Positions 47,073-57,005 of a stretch of DNA of 64,000 nt are shown piece by piece. Positions within the stretch are counted from its first letter, which is position 1. Each line of letters begins with the position of its first letter. The position numbers were made by a program, and so were the translations under genes. The notes beneath the pieces are model-generated. The model made no database searches. It worked only from the letters and a program-made list of their open reading frames with translations, and was not told the origin of the DNA. Location of the stretch: assembly GCA_027491395.1 (NCBI GenBank), contig JAOZFI010000041.1, positions 64,001 to 128,000 on the forward strand, read 5' to 3'. Source of the stretch: Thermoproteota archaeon. GTDB lineage: Archaea > Korarchaeota > Korarchaeia > Korarchaeales > Korarchaeaceae.

Positions 47073-47808
47073 CGACCCCGAGGAAGTCGGCGGCGCTGCC
47101 CCTAGCTAACGAGAGTTCCAGCAGATCCGTGCTTCCTCTTATCACCAGGAGGCCCTTACCCCCGTAATGGGTGGATCTCACAGCTTTGGCCCACGAATGC
47201 GGGGTGATCACTTCGATCTTCTCCGCGCCCACCTTACCCCATCTCACGTTAGTTACCACGTTCCCGAAGCCGTCCACGTTGAGCACTTCCCCCTTAAGGT
47301 ATCTGTCTCCCTCCTCCACCTTCCACAGATCCAAAACCTCCATGGATCTCTTCCTGAATCCCAAGTCGTCGGGAGACTTGCCGCACGCTAACATCGCAGA
47401 CACGGGAGCGAAAACATCTCTCCCATCGAAGGTGCCCGTCCTCCTCTCAGCTAGACCGGTCCCCCTCATGTCTATCTTGAAGATCTCGTACTCTCCCATT
47501 TCTTGAACTACTGGCCAAAAGAGACCGTTATCCGGACCCACAAAGGTGAGAGGGCCGGCCTTCACTATTATCGGATCCCTAGCAGTTCCCACCCCGGGAT
47601 CCACAACTCCCAAGACGATGGATCCCCTCTCTATCCAACGGTACGCCTGCCAGAGGATGAATGCTCCATGCTTTATGTTGAACTTCTTGACCCCGTGAGA
47701 TATATCGACTAGATCGACCTTGGGGCACTGGGTACGGATCACTCCTTTCATTGCCCCTACGTAATAGTCCTCGGTACCGAAATCAGTGATGAGGTATATC
47801 GAGGTCAT
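47038..47808 (-). CDS. SAM hydroxide adenosyltransferase (DUF62, SAM hydrolase/halogenase family)
   Basis: LITDFG, VVDPGVGT.R, GPDNG, TFDGRDVFAP, VDGFGN. Confidence 0.92.
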   Translation of the reverse strand: MTSIYLITDFGTEDYYVGAMKGVIRTQCPKVDLVDISHGVKKFNIKHGAFILWQAYRWIERGSIVLGVVDPGVGTARDPIIVKAGPLTFVGPDNGLFWPVVQEMGEYEIFKIDMRGTGLAERRTGTFDGRDVFAPVSAMLACGKSPDDLGFRKRSMEVLDLWKVEEGDRYLKGEVLNVDGFGNVVTNVRWGKVGAEKIEVITPHSWAKAVRSTHYGGKGLLVIRGSTDLLELSLARGSAADFLGVDVGDSIEFRWG

Positions 47809-47843
47809 CGATTAGAAGGGGTGCCATCCTTTTTAATTATGAT

Positions 47844-48062
47844 ATGGATGGACCGAGTGCTATGAGCCTAAAGGGTCTGCTGTTCTGGCTTGCTGGATCC
47901 CTAGCACTTCTCCTATCCCTATTCACGCTAGTTGCCGATGAGTACACTCTCCTATTGATATTGAGATGCCTATCATTCCTTTTCCTGTTTGGAGTCGGAG
48001 TTCTGCTCCTCATAATCGCCAAGAAACTGCTTACTCTCTCCCCACCTCCTCCCGCTGCCTGA
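47844..48062 (+). CDS. Small two-TM membrane protein
   Basis: Two hydrophobic segments; TATA-like ttttaatta upstream; fills the gap between flanking genes. Confidence 0.5.
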   Translation: MDGPSAMSLKGLLFWLAGSLALLLSLFTLVADEYTLLLILRCLSFLFLFGVGVLLLIIAKKLLTLSPPPPAA

Positions 48063-48615
48063 GCTTGACGCCGTATAACGTCTCGTATATCGGCCCCTGC
48101 GGAGTGAGGGTGCTTTTCTTGAACCTCACCTCCTTGACCTCTATGACTCCTATGTCAACATCCGAGATCCTCCTTATTATCTCAGGCAGATCGCCGGAGT
48201 AGCCTTTGACCCTAGCAATGGTTAGATGGGGCTCGAATCCCTTTGTCTCCCTTCTGAAGCCTAACTTGGCTAGGGACCTGTCGAGCTCCTTGGCCATCCC
48301 GATGAAAACGTCTCTTCCCTCATCCACACCTATCCATACGACGTTCGGCCTGCTCACCTTGGGAAAGGCTCCAACTCCTCTGAGGTGCATGGGGAAGGGC
48401 TCAAAGGATTCGAGCACCTCTCTCATGATGGAAACCACCAGCTCTATCCTCGATTCATCGACATTACCCAAGAACTTCAAGGTGAAGTGGAGGTTCTGCC
48501 TCTCCACGGGTCTGAGCTTTGCGCTCGAGGAGAGGATCTCCCTCTGGACCCTAACTATCTTGGACACTATCTCAGGATCCTCGACATCTATGGAGATGAA
48601 GCTGCGTATCCCCAC
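48031..48615 (-). CDS. thpR: RNA 2',3'-cyclic phosphodiesterase (2H family)
   Basis: HFTLKFLG and PHLTIAR 2H motifs; STLTPQGPIY. Confidence 0.94.
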   Translation of the reverse strand: MGIRSFISIDVEDPEIVSKIVRVQREILSSSAKLRPVERQNLHFTLKFLGNVDESRIELVVSIMREVLESFEPFPMHLRGVGAFPKVSRPNVVWIGVDEGRDVFIGMAKELDRSLAKLGFRRETKGFEPHLTIARVKGYSGDLPEIIRRISDVDIGVIEVKEVRFKKSTLTPQGPIYETLYGVKLRQREEVGRE

Positions 48616-48628
48616 TATCTTCCCTCCT

Positions 48629-48994
48629 TCACCTGAGCTCTGGAGGTACGCCCTCGTTAGGTATCATACAGAGGAACAGAATCTCCTCATACGCGAAATA
48701 CTCGTGAGGAAGATCGGGAGGTACGTATATGACATTCCCCTCCTTGACCTCGAATTCCTGATTCCCGATCCTTATCTTCCCCCTCCCCTTCAGTACAAGG
48801 ATCTCGTGCTCCCACGGGTGGCTGTGCTCAGGTATGTGCCCTCCAGCCTCCACCCTAAATATCCTCATCGAGAAGTTGGGTGCCCCGTCCTTAGGGGAGA
48901 GCACCCACTTGATGTAGGTCTTCTCAGCTTGGGGGACCGGTTGGAAAGGGATAGAGTCGATATCCTTGATCACGGGCCGGGACATATGCCTCAA
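48629..48994 (-). CDS. Cupin-domain protein
   Basis: HSHPWEHEI...G...VIYVPPDLPH. Confidence 0.9.
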   Translation of the reverse strand: MRHMSRPVIKDIDSIPFQPVPQAEKTYIKWVLSPKDGAPNFSMRIFRVEAGGHIPEHSHPWEHEILVLKGRGKIRIGNQEFEVKEGNVIYVPPDLPHEYFAYEEILFLCMIPNEGVPPELR

Positions 48995-49014
48995 GGTCGG
49001 TGCAACGTATAAAA

Positions 49015-49078
49015 ATGGGGCTCAGTCCTAAAGCGTATAATCACCCCTCATAGATCACCTCCGACATCATCGCCCCAT
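49015..49078 (-). ncRNA. C/D-box 2'-O-methylation guide sRNA
   Basis: AUGGGGC-G-AUGAUG(C)-UCGGAGGUGAUCU-AUGA(D')-GGG-GUGAUUA(C')-UACGCUUUAGGA-CUGA(D)-GCCCCAU; 7-bp terminal stem followed by a U tract. Confidence 0.9.
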
Positions 49079-49088
49079 CTGATGAACA

Positions 49089-49976
49089 TCAAACCGTTAT
49101 TAACTCGAACTCCATCTTAGACCCTACTAGGGCGAGCAGGTCTTCCATCCTAGAGGGCATTATCAAGGCACCGGCAGCGTTTCTGTGCCCGCCACCTCCC
49201 AGTCTCTCAGCTACTTCTAGGGCCGAGAGCGGAGAATCTTCTCGACTCCTTAAGGAGAGCCTCAAGGCTCCATCGGATCCGGTAGTGATGGTCCCGAAGA
49301 ACTTGTATCTCTTAGCCGCTAGTTGTATGACAGGCACTAGGTAGGATGGGAGGCTCTCTATTCTTACCAAGAGAGCATCTCTTCCCTCCAAAGATAGTAA
49401 CTCCCCTAATCGATCCCCGTACTCCCTCCATATGAGATCCACTTCTCTCTTCACCGCGGGAAGGTTAACCAGCTCATCACTTGTCGTGGGAGGGTGTAAC
49501 AAGAGATCTCTCGCAACTTTGATGAGATCAGATCTCTTCCTCTTGAAGATCTTCCTGATGGCGGCCGTAAAGAGGGCGGAGGACAGATCTAGGTTACCCG
49601 TATCCGTCTGATCAACTAGATCTACGGTACGAGAGAGATCCTCCACTTGAGGTTCGCACTCCCTCAGTATGTCATACAGGAGCCTCGCCGTGGACGGATA
49701 CTCCGGCATGAGAAAGGCTGTTCCCACCCTGTCAAGGAGGGTGAGGTTGGACTCGTGATGATCCACGAGTATTCTAGTACCGCCCCTCGGGGGAGGCAGG
49801 TCTAGGACGATATCGAAGCTCTCTAGCGACTCCCTTATCTCGTAGGGCGCGGAGAAGTGGATCTCGAGGTCCTCCGGATGTATCAATGCCATGAGGGAGG
49901 CTGAGAATAGACCATCTAGGTCCTCCCCGTGGCTAGCTACCTTGATCCTTCCACCCTTCGAGACCAGCTCGAACAT
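49089..49976 (-). CDS. DHH/DHHA1-family phosphoesterase
   Basis: SHGEDLDG, VLD, VDHH, SLRS, GGGGHRNAAG. Confidence 0.88.
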   Translation of the reverse strand: MFELVSKGGRIKVASHGEDLDGLFSASLMALIHPEDLEIHFSAPYEIRESLESFDIVLDLPPPRGGTRILVDHHESNLTLLDRVGTAFLMPEYPSTARLLYDILRECEPQVEDLSRTVDLVDQTDTGNLDLSSALFTAAIRKIFKRKRSDLIKVARDLLLHPPTTSDELVNLPAVKREVDLIWREYGDRLGELLSLEGRDALLVRIESLPSYLVPVIQLAAKRYKFFGTITTGSDGALRLSLRSREDSPLSALEVAERLGGGGHRNAAGALIMPSRMEDLLALVGSKMEFELITV

Positions 49977-50050
49977 TTCACCGGCTCTCCCCTTCTCAGA
50001 TCCATCGCGCGTATCGACTTTAAAACATTAACAGGGTGAGTGCGTAGAGA

Positions 50051-50521
50051 GTGATGGGACGCAGGGTCTTAGTGGCTGGCACATTCGACCTAATCCACGA
50101 GGGTCATATCAAGATGCTTTGGGAAGCTAAGAAACTCGCCGGCAAGGATGGGGAGCTCGTGGTGGTCATCGCGAGAGACGATAATGTGATGAGGTTCAAG
50201 GGAAGATTCCCGGTGATAAGAGAGTCGTCTAGGGCCTACATAGTGAAAAACCTGAAACCGGTCGATCGAGTCGTTCTGGGTGAGAAAGAGCCCTTAGACT
50301 CCATAGTGAAGATAAGACCGGACGTAATAGCCCTAGGATACGATCAATGGGCCGAGGAGAGATGGCTTAGGGAAGAGCTGAGGAAGAGAGGTATGGAGAT
50401 CGAAGTGGTGAGGCTTCCGAGGTTCGGGGACAGCTCAAGTTCTTCGATAATCGATAAGATAGTGAGACTGTTCTGTTCAGACAAGGAGCCTCGAAATGGC
50501 GGAGGAGAGTCTAAGAGCTAG
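50051..50521 (+). CDS. ribL: FAD synthase (cytidylyltransferase family)
   Basis: AGTFDLIHEGH, VIARD, PDVIALGYDQ, SSSSII. Confidence 0.88.
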   Translation: MMGRRVLVAGTFDLIHEGHIKMLWEAKKLAGKDGELVVVIARDDNVMRFKGRFPVIRESSRAYIVKNLKPVDRVVLGEKEPLDSIVKIRPDVIALGYDQWAEERWLREELRKRGMEIEVVRLPRFGDSSSSSIIDKIVRLFCSDKEPRNGGGESKS

Positions 50522-50965
50522 AGCTTCTGCTTCTCCCCTGTCGATCAAACCATTTTCCACATCCAGCTTGGTCCACAGCTCCGCCCCGATTTCCTTGACC
50601 TCCTCACTCCACCTCCACCTCCTCATGAGTGAGAAGGCGAGATCTATGAGATCCCTAACTATTCCACAGGCGGTCTCCTGAATTCCATCTTCCGTGTCGT
50701 AACATAACCTGACTCCCAGCGGTATCAGGTAAGACAGGCCGCACACCAATGTCCTGAGATCACCACCCTTCCAATCCTTCAGGTGACCTACTAGCTCGAA
50801 GAACAGATACCTGAGATAACCCTCGGCCCTGCTTAGCTTTCTCACCCTCTCCTTCGGATCCTCCTCCTTCAAGAGGTCCTCGACGCAGGAGAGGAACTCC
50901 TCGTTCACCTCGTAGATGCAGGAGTTCACATCTTCAACCATAGTGATCCATGCTGAATTGAGCAC
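50477..50965 (-). CDS. Hypothetical helical protein
   Basis: Genome-typical composition; fills the space between ribL and metG; start may be slightly downstream. Confidence 0.65.
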   Translation of the reverse strand: MLNSAWITMVEDVNSCIYEVNEEFLSCVEDLLKEEDPKERVRKLSRAEGYLRYLFFELVGHLKDWKGGDLRTLVCGLSYLIPLGVRLCYDTEDGIQETACGIVRDLIDLAFSLMRRWRWSEEVKEIGAELWTKLDVENGLIDRGEAEALALRLSSAISRLLV

Positions 50966-51005
50966 AGGCTTAAAATTCTTGATAGCGCCATTTGCGGGAG
51001 CGAAG

Positions 51006-52685
51006 ATGAGGTGGATAGTGGCCTCGGCATGGCCCTACATAAATGCTGTGCCCCATCTGGGCACCCTCATACAAGTACTCTCCTCCGATGTGTACGCTAG
51101 GTACAGGAGGAAGAAAGGGGACTCGGTGGTCTTTGTATCAGGTTCCGACGAGCATGGAACTCCCATAGAAATAGAGGCGATAAGGAAAGGGATAAGTCCT
51201 AAGGAGCTCACTGACAAGATGCACTCTTACGTCTCGGATCTCTTCAATAGGTTCGGGATAAGCTACGACAACTACACGAGAACGGAGAGCCCAACTCATG
51301 TGAAGTTCGTTCAGGAGTTCTACATGAGGGTCTACGAGAACGGACACATCTTCGAGAAGGAGACGGAACAGCTTTACTGCCCCAACGACAAGATGTTCCT
51401 GCCCGACAGGTTCGTGATCGGGACATGCCCCTACTGCGGGTACGAGAAGGCCCACGGCGACCAGTGCGATAGGTGCGGGAGGCTCCTGAACCCGACCGAC
51501 CTGATCAACCCGAGGTGTGCCATATGCGGTGCTGAACCGGAACTCAGGAGGACGAAGCACTGGTTCTTCGATCTACCCAAATTCTCCGGTAAACTCAAGG
51601 AGTACGTAGAGTCGAACGAGCAGCTTCCAGATAACGCGAGGTCCATGTCCCTCTCAATGATAGAGGACGGCCTGAAACCCAGATCAATAACTAGGGATAA
51701 CAAGTGGGGTATCCCAGCTCCCTTCCCCGGGGCCGAGGGGAAGACGATCTACGTGTGGATGGAAGCGGTGTTGGGCTACGTCTCAGCGGTGAAGGAGTAC
51801 TTCGAGAGACTCGGCAAACCGGAGGAGTTCGACGAGTTCTGGAAGGGGAAGGACACCAAATCGATCTACTTCATAGGGAAGGACAACATACCCTTCCACA
51901 CCCTGATATTTCCAGCGCTGCTAATGGCCAGTGAGGAAGGGTACGTCCTGCCCTATAACGTAGCATCCACGGAATTCCTCCTCTTCGAGGGGGAGAAATT
52001 CTCCAAGAGGGAGAGGATAGGTATATGGCTAGACGAGGCCCTAGCCCTGCTTCCCGCCGATTACTGGCGTTTCTACATGATATACATAAGGCCCGAAACA
52101 AAGGACGCCAACTTCGCTTGGGACGACATGGTGGCCAAGATCAACGACGAGCTGAACGATACCTTAGGCAATTTGATCCACAGAGTGCTCTCCTTCATCA
52201 AGTCTAGGTACAGCGGAATCGTTCCAGATGCCCAGCTCGACGAGGAGTCGGAAGAGATGCTGAAGGAAGCTAAAGAGATAGCTGAAAGGATTGAGGACAG
52301 CATAGAGAGGGTCAAGTTGAGGGACGCCCTCAAGGAATTCCTAGAGATGGCACGACTTGGAAACAGGTTCTTCAACAGCAGGGAGCCTTGGAGGGACATA
52401 AGGGAGAACAAACCACGTGCTGACTCCACCGTGGTTGCCTCGTTCAATCTGCTGAAGGCTATGGCCTCCTACATGCACATATTCATGCCCTTCTCGGCTG
52501 AGAGGCTGTGGAGGATGATGGGTCTTGACGGTGAACCCGCGCCCTTCTCTGACGCATTCAACATCGTAACCGGAGTCCAGCTGGGGGAAGTGGAACCCCT
52601 GTTCCACAAGGTCAATAAGGAGGAGTTGCAGGAAAAGCTGGAGGAAGTCCGAGAGAGGGGAGAGGTTCTCTCGGCTAGAGAATGA
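51006..52685 (+). CDS. metG: Methionine--tRNA ligase (no C-terminal OB domain)
   Basis: AWPYINAVPHLG (HIGH), GSDEHG, Zn knuckles, GKDNIPFH, KFSK; start at ATG 51006. Confidence 0.96.
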   Translation: MRWIVASAWPYINAVPHLGTLIQVLSSDVYARYRRKKGDSVVFVSGSDEHGTPIEIEAIRKGISPKELTDKMHSYVSDLFNRFGISYDNYTRTESPTHVKFVQEFYMRVYENGHIFEKETEQLYCPNDKMFLPDRFVIGTCPYCGYEKAHGDQCDRCGRLLNPTDLINPRCAICGAEPELRRTKHWFFDLPKFSGKLKEYVESNEQLPDNARSMSLSMIEDGLKPRSITRDNKWGIPAPFPGAEGKTIYVWMEAVLGYVSAVKEYFERLGKPEEFDEFWKGKDTKSIYFIGKDNIPFHTLIFPALLMASEEGYVLPYNVASTEFLLFEGEKFSKRERIGIWLDEALALLPADYWRFYMIYIRPETKDANFAWDDMVAKINDELNDTLGNLIHRVLSFIKSRYSGIVPDAQLDEESEEMLKEAKEIAERIEDSIERVKLRDALKEFLEMARLGNRFFNSREPWRDIRENKPRADSTVVASFNLLKAMASYMHIFMPFSAERLWRMMGLDGEPAPFSDAFNIVTGVQLGEVEPLFHKVNKEELQEKLEEVRERGEVLSARE

Positions 52686-53390
52686 TTAGCTCCCCTTCTC
52701 AACCCTCACCCTTATCTTGACCTCTCCAGAGGCTATGGGATGTCCCGGCTTCAGCGCCTGCACCACTACAACGTATGTGGTGTTGTCTGTCACATTAGCG
52801 CTCCAATCCAAGACGGCCTTGCCTTCAGAATCAGTATGAGTCACGGAGGTCACGGTGGCGTTGGGTCCCATGGTGAGGGCTATGAGCTTGGCCCCCTTGA
52901 CGGGCTTCCCCTCCATCTTTACGGTAGCATACACCTTACTGGAGACGGTGGTGTACTGCTTCTCAGCCGTCACATTGATGAAGGCGGACAGGTTTTCCTC
53001 CGTCTCTAGGGTAATGTTCAGAGGAGCGCCCCCGAACACGTTGAAATAGGCATCTTCCTCGACGGTGCTACCGAGATTTGCCACCACCCTCAGCGAATAG
53101 TGGCCTATTCTGTAACTTCCTTCATCGATCGGGATGGTAGCGCTCACTACTTTGCTTGGTTGCAAGCTCTTGGACTCTATGGTCATGTTCCTCTCGAGGT
53201 CCACGACATCCACTCTTACGGATGACGGAGGGCTGGGAAAAGACACTGTGAACCGGAGTTCTCCCCCTAAGGGGACCGTATCCTTGTTAAGAGAGATCTT
53301 GAACTTAGGTGCCGTTACCACCGGCCAAGATAGGAGCAGAGCCACGAAGACGAGATTTAGCAGTAGAACTATCTTGGTCTTGGTCTCCAT
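52686..53390 (-). CDS. Secreted or N-anchored protein with Ig-like beta-sandwich domains
   Basis: N-terminal hydrophobic helix; beta-rich; GKPVKGA...TDSEGKA pattern; several N-x-T sequons. Confidence 0.7.
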   Translation of the reverse strand: METKTKIVLLLNLVFVALLLSWPVVTAPKFKISLNKDTVPLGGELRFTVSFPSPPSSVRVDVVDLERNMTIESKSLQPSKVVSATIPIDEGSYRIGHYSLRVVANLGSTVEEDAYFNVFGGAPLNITLETEENLSAFINVTAEKQYTTVSSKVYATVKMEGKPVKGAKLIALTMGPNATVTSVTHTDSEGKAVLDWSANVTDNTTYVVVVQALKPGHPIASGEVKIRVRVEKGS

Positions 53391-53476
53391 TCCTCGGTCC
53401 CATGGTAGGGAAACCTCCCTTAATTAATGATTATCGTTCCCACGAACTTTTATTTTCCTCTAGCTGTTTCACCTAG

Positions 53477-54574
53477 GTGCGTGGTGAACTGATCTCAGAC
53501 AAAGGACTGGAAAAGATAGAGAGCCCAAGATACATCATTTTCGGTCCGAATGCTCTGGGAAGGACAGCTGAGATACTGCACAGCTTGGGTCTCATCGGGA
53601 CGGCCGTGGTGGTCAGCGGATCCAGCGTGACGGCCAATGTGGCTAGGGACCTTATCGACATGTTGGAGGGCGACATGAAAGTTTACCACGTCGTAGCCCG
53701 TCAGGGAGGTATAGATGATGTCCTCGAGGTTATCAAGGAGGCGGAAGAGAGGAACACTGACTTCCTAATAGGGGTGGGAGGCGGTAAACCCCTAGATGTC
53801 ACTAAGCTAGCTGCAGCTAAGCTCGGGGTCAGGTACGCCGTGGTCCCCACCTCAGCGAGTCACGACGGAATCGCATCGCCTGCGGTGAATTTCTCCCTGT
53901 CAAAGCAGGCTGAAACCAGATTCGGTGGGGTTAGAGGGATGGAAGCACCCACAGCGGTTATTGCCGACACCCGAGTGATAAATAAAGCCCCACCTGAGAC
54001 ATTCAAATCCGGATTCGGCGACTTGGTGGCCAAGTTCACGGCCGTTAGGGATTGGGAGTTAGCTCATAAGCTGAAGGATGAACCGTATAGCGAGTATGCC
54101 GCCTCGATGTCGCTGCTCAGTGCCAAGATAGCGACAGATCACGCCTCTGAGATAAAATCGGGATTGGAGGAGTCCACTAGGATCTTGGTAAAGGCATTGA
54201 TAGGCAGCGGCGTGGCCATAAGCATAGCCGGGAGCTCGAGGCCTGCCAGCGGTAGTGAGCACATGTTCAGCCACGCCTTAGATGCGATAGCTGTCGAGGA
54301 GGGCGTCAAACCCGCACCTCACGGGATACAGGTGGCCTTGGGAACGATAATGATGGCCTACCTCCAAGGTCAGGACTGGAAATGGATAAAGGAAAAGCTC
54401 AGAGAGGCAGGCGTACCAACAACAGCGGAGGAAGCTGGCTTAAGGCCCGATCTCGTGGTAAAGGCCCTGACAGTGGCTCACAAGATAAGGGACAGGTACA
54501 CCATACTCGGGGTGACAGGGCTCACCCCAACCGCGGCCGAAAAGCTGGCTAGAGCAACTGGAGTAATACGATAA
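53477..54574 (+). CDS. egsA: sn-glycerol-1-phosphate dehydrogenase
   Basis: GVGGGKPLDVTK, PTSASHDGIASP, SRPASGSEH, HGIQV. Confidence 0.95.
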   Translation: MRGELISDKGLEKIESPRYIIFGPNALGRTAEILHSLGLIGTAVVVSGSSVTANVARDLIDMLEGDMKVYHVVARQGGIDDVLEVIKEAEERNTDFLIGVGGGKPLDVTKLAAAKLGVRYAVVPTSASHDGIASPAVNFSLSKQAETRFGGVRGMEAPTAVIADTRVINKAPPETFKSGFGDLVAKFTAVRDWELAHKLKDEPYSEYAASMSLLSAKIATDHASEIKSGLEESTRILVKALIGSGVAISIAGSSRPASGSEHMFSHALDAIAVEEGVKPAPHGIQVALGTIMMAYLQGQDWKWIKEKLREAGVPTTAEEAGLRPDLVVKALTVAHKIRDRYTILGVTGLTPTAAEKLARATGVIR

Positions 54575-55226
54575 TGATAGAGATCAGGACGCTTATCAGA
54601 ATTATGGAACCCACGAAGGTCGAGGTGAACTTTAGCGAGTACTTGAGAGCATCCTCTCTATCCAGTCCGATGGTCACGGCGTGCACTCTGTAGGAGAGGT
54701 AGGTGAACCAGCCGAGGGATGCTAGGGCCAATACCAAGGAGATTATCGGCGGGAAAGACACAAGATACGAGAATATCTCTGAAAATACGGTTAATAAAAG
54801 ACCTCTCCAAGTGGAACCCTCGCATGAGATGACCCTGCCCGGTGATATCATCAGCACCAACGTATTGAGAACCCCCACAATGGTGAGCGGAAGGGAGCAG
54901 AGGGCCATCAGGTAGTGGTATTTCCTGAGCCTCATCCTAGCCCTCCTAGCTACGGAGATCCCCGAGACGACTGAGGATATCCCCCAGCTCACTGCCGTTA
55001 TGACCCACATGTAGAGGAGCAGGAGCTGTTTCACATGGATGAACATCGCCACCCTCTCTGTCATGACAGAGGAAGAGCAGGTTATCCTCACTCCCAGCGT
55101 CGAGAGGGTCAAGGCATCCACAATCAAGAAGAGGAGGAGAGAGACGGTTGCCGGCAGTAAGCTGGCGTTTAATCCAAGATCCCTCAACTCATCCCTCTTG
55201 CCTAGCAGGAACCCGAGCAGATTCAT
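54549..55226 (-). CDS. Multi-pass membrane protein (Yip1-like)
   Basis: About five TM helices; coupled to the ABCE1 stop (ATGA overlap). Confidence 0.6.
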   Translation of the reverse strand: MNLLGFLLGKRDELRDLGLNASLLPATVSLLLFLIVDALTLSTLGVRITCSSSVMTERVAMFIHVKQLLLLYMWVITAVSWGISSVVSGISVARRARMRLRKYHYLMALCSLPLTIVGVLNTLVLMISPGRVISCEGSTWRGLLLTVFSEIFSYLVSFPPIISLVLALASLGWFTYLSYRVHAVTIGLDREDALKYSLKFTSTFVGSIILISVLISIIIVLLQLL

Positions 55227-57001
55227 GGGTAGTACCTCCCAGTTGCCCTCGCCAGTTGGTCCATCTTGGAGCCGGGTTTGTTGACTCTAGGTCTGCCTGT
55301 GTCGGGATCGCGCCTGAAGGTAACATCGACGTCCTTTAGGAACTCGTTAAGTCCTTCTCTGGAATCCATGGGCTTGCTAGCGTGACCTTCAACTCCAGGT
55401 TGTCCGGAGAAGACCATAATCCTATCAACCACTGCTTCTATTGTGAGGAGGTCATGCTCCACGACGATCACGGCCTTATTCTCTCCCTGAATCCTCCTCC
55501 TGATAGCCTTCGCTGCCGCGAACCTAGCTTCTACATCTAAGAACGCGCTGGGCTCGTCTATCAGGTAGATATCGGCCTCTCTACCCAAGCAAACTGCGAT
55601 GGCGACCTTCTGAAGCTCTCCACCGCTGAGCTCATCCAGGTACCTGTCCAGCAGCCTCTCTATTCCCAGCCTCCTGACCACCTCCGCTCTGAAGTATGGG
55701 CTTGAGTAGCTAGATCCAGCCACCTTGCGTAGGAGGGACTCCACGGTGCCCTCATACGTGGGTTTCACGTGCTGAGGCTTGTAAGAGACCTTTATGCCCT
55801 CGGTCATTACGGTACCCTGATCAGGACTGAGCTCACCCGCTAACATCCTCACGAAGGTGGTCTTCCCTATTCCATTGGGGCCAACCGCCACGACCACCTC
55901 TCCGGCGTAGACTTCGCCCTCCTCAACATGGAGGCTGAACCCATTCAATCTCTTCTCCAAACTGGTGTACACTACAACGGGGTTCTCTGAAATCTCAGGG
56001 CTGCCCACCCTAGGCAAGAAGGAGATGGGCTCTTCCCTGAATCTGACGTTGTCATCCGGGAGGTATCCGTCCAGGAAGATGTTTATTCCCTCCCTAGTGG
56101 AGTGGGGATGACTGACCACCCCGTAAACCCCGGGTTCCCCGTAAAGTATGTGAACGTAGTCGCTGAGGTAATCCAGCACTGCTAGGTCATGCTCCACCAG
56201 CATAATGGATTTACCGTCCTCTTGGAGCCTCCTTATCAGCTTAGCGGCCCTCATCCTCTGATAAACATCCAAGTAGTTAGTCGGCTCGTCCAGCACGTAG
56301 ACATCAGCATCCCTCACGTAGGCCGCCGCTAAAGCTAGTCTCTGGAGCTCACCACCGCTCAGCTCCCCTACTCTCCTATCCTTGAGCTTACCCAATCCTA
56401 GAAAGTCCATTGCTTCATCTAGGACCCCCCTTTCATCCACCTTCTCGAGGACTTCGATGACCCGCCCCTTCACGACTTGAGGTATCTTATCTATCCTCTC
56501 GGGCTTGTTCACGACCCTTATCTGACCATCAGCGAGTCTCTTCAGATAATCTTGGAGTTCAGAACCCCTGAAATGCCTTATCACCTCATCCCAATCCGGT
56601 TCATCGTCCACCCTGCCTAGGTTGGGCTTTATCCTGCCCGACAGAATGGATATGGAGGTGGTCTTGCCCACCCCGTTCGGACCCACAAGACCCACGATCC
56701 TGCCGGGCCTCACTATAGGTAGCCTGAAGAGGGTGAACCCATTCACCCCGTACCTGTGTACCTCCTCACCCTCCACTGGGGCAGGTAGGTTAACGACAGA
56801 GATGGCAGAGAACGGGCACTTCTTGACGCATATTCCACATCCCGTGCACAGCTCCTCATCTATGACTAGGAGATCATCCTCCAACCTGATGGTCTCCTCG
56901 ACGCCCATTCTGACCTCTGGACAGTACTTTATGCACTCCAAGCCGCACTTGCGCGGGTTACACCTGTCCCTATCTACTACAGCTATCCTCCTAGCGGGCA
57001 A
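55223..57001 (-). CDS. rli: Ribosome recycling ATPase ABCE1/Rli1
   Basis: N-terminal 2x[4Fe-4S] (CNPRKC...CP, CTGCGICVKKCPF), two ABC domains, TFRRDP..GRPRVNK. Confidence 0.97.
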   Translation of the reverse strand: MPARRIAVVDRDRCNPRKCGLECIKYCPEVRMGVEETIRLEDDLLVIDEELCTGCGICVKKCPFSAISVVNLPAPVEGEEVHRYGVNGFTLFRLPIVRPGRIVGLVGPNGVGKTTSISILSGRIKPNLGRVDDEPDWDEVIRHFRGSELQDYLKRLADGQIRVVNKPERIDKIPQVVKGRVIEVLEKVDERGVLDEAMDFLGLGKLKDRRVGELSGGELQRLALAAAYVRDADVYVLDEPTNYLDVYQRMRAAKLIRRLQEDGKSIMLVEHDLAVLDYLSDYVHILYGEPGVYGVVSHPHSTREGINIFLDGYLPDDNVRFREEPISFLPRVGSPEISENPVVVYTSLEKRLNGFSLHVEEGEVYAGEVVVAVGPNGIGKTTFVRMLAGELSPDQGTVMTEGIKVSYKPQHVKPTYEGTVESLLRKVAGSSYSSPYFRAEVVRRLGIERLLDRYLDELSGGELQKVAIAVCLGREADIYLIDEPSAFLDVEARFAAAKAIRRRIQGENKAVIVVEHDLLTIEAVVDRIMVFSGQPGVEGHASKPMDSREGLNEFLKDVDVTFRRDPDTGRPRVNKPGSKMDQLARATGRYYP

Positions 57002-57005
57002 AAAA

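Noticed and set aside
48206-49012. 268-aa + strand ORF
   Set aside because: Lies entirely antisense to thpR and the cupin gene, which have clear motifs
6881-52685. Apparent clustering of SAM/Met genes (mat, ahcY, DUF62, speD-like, metG, several radical SAMs)
   Set aside because: Spread over 45 kb in separate transcription units; compatible with chance in a compact genome
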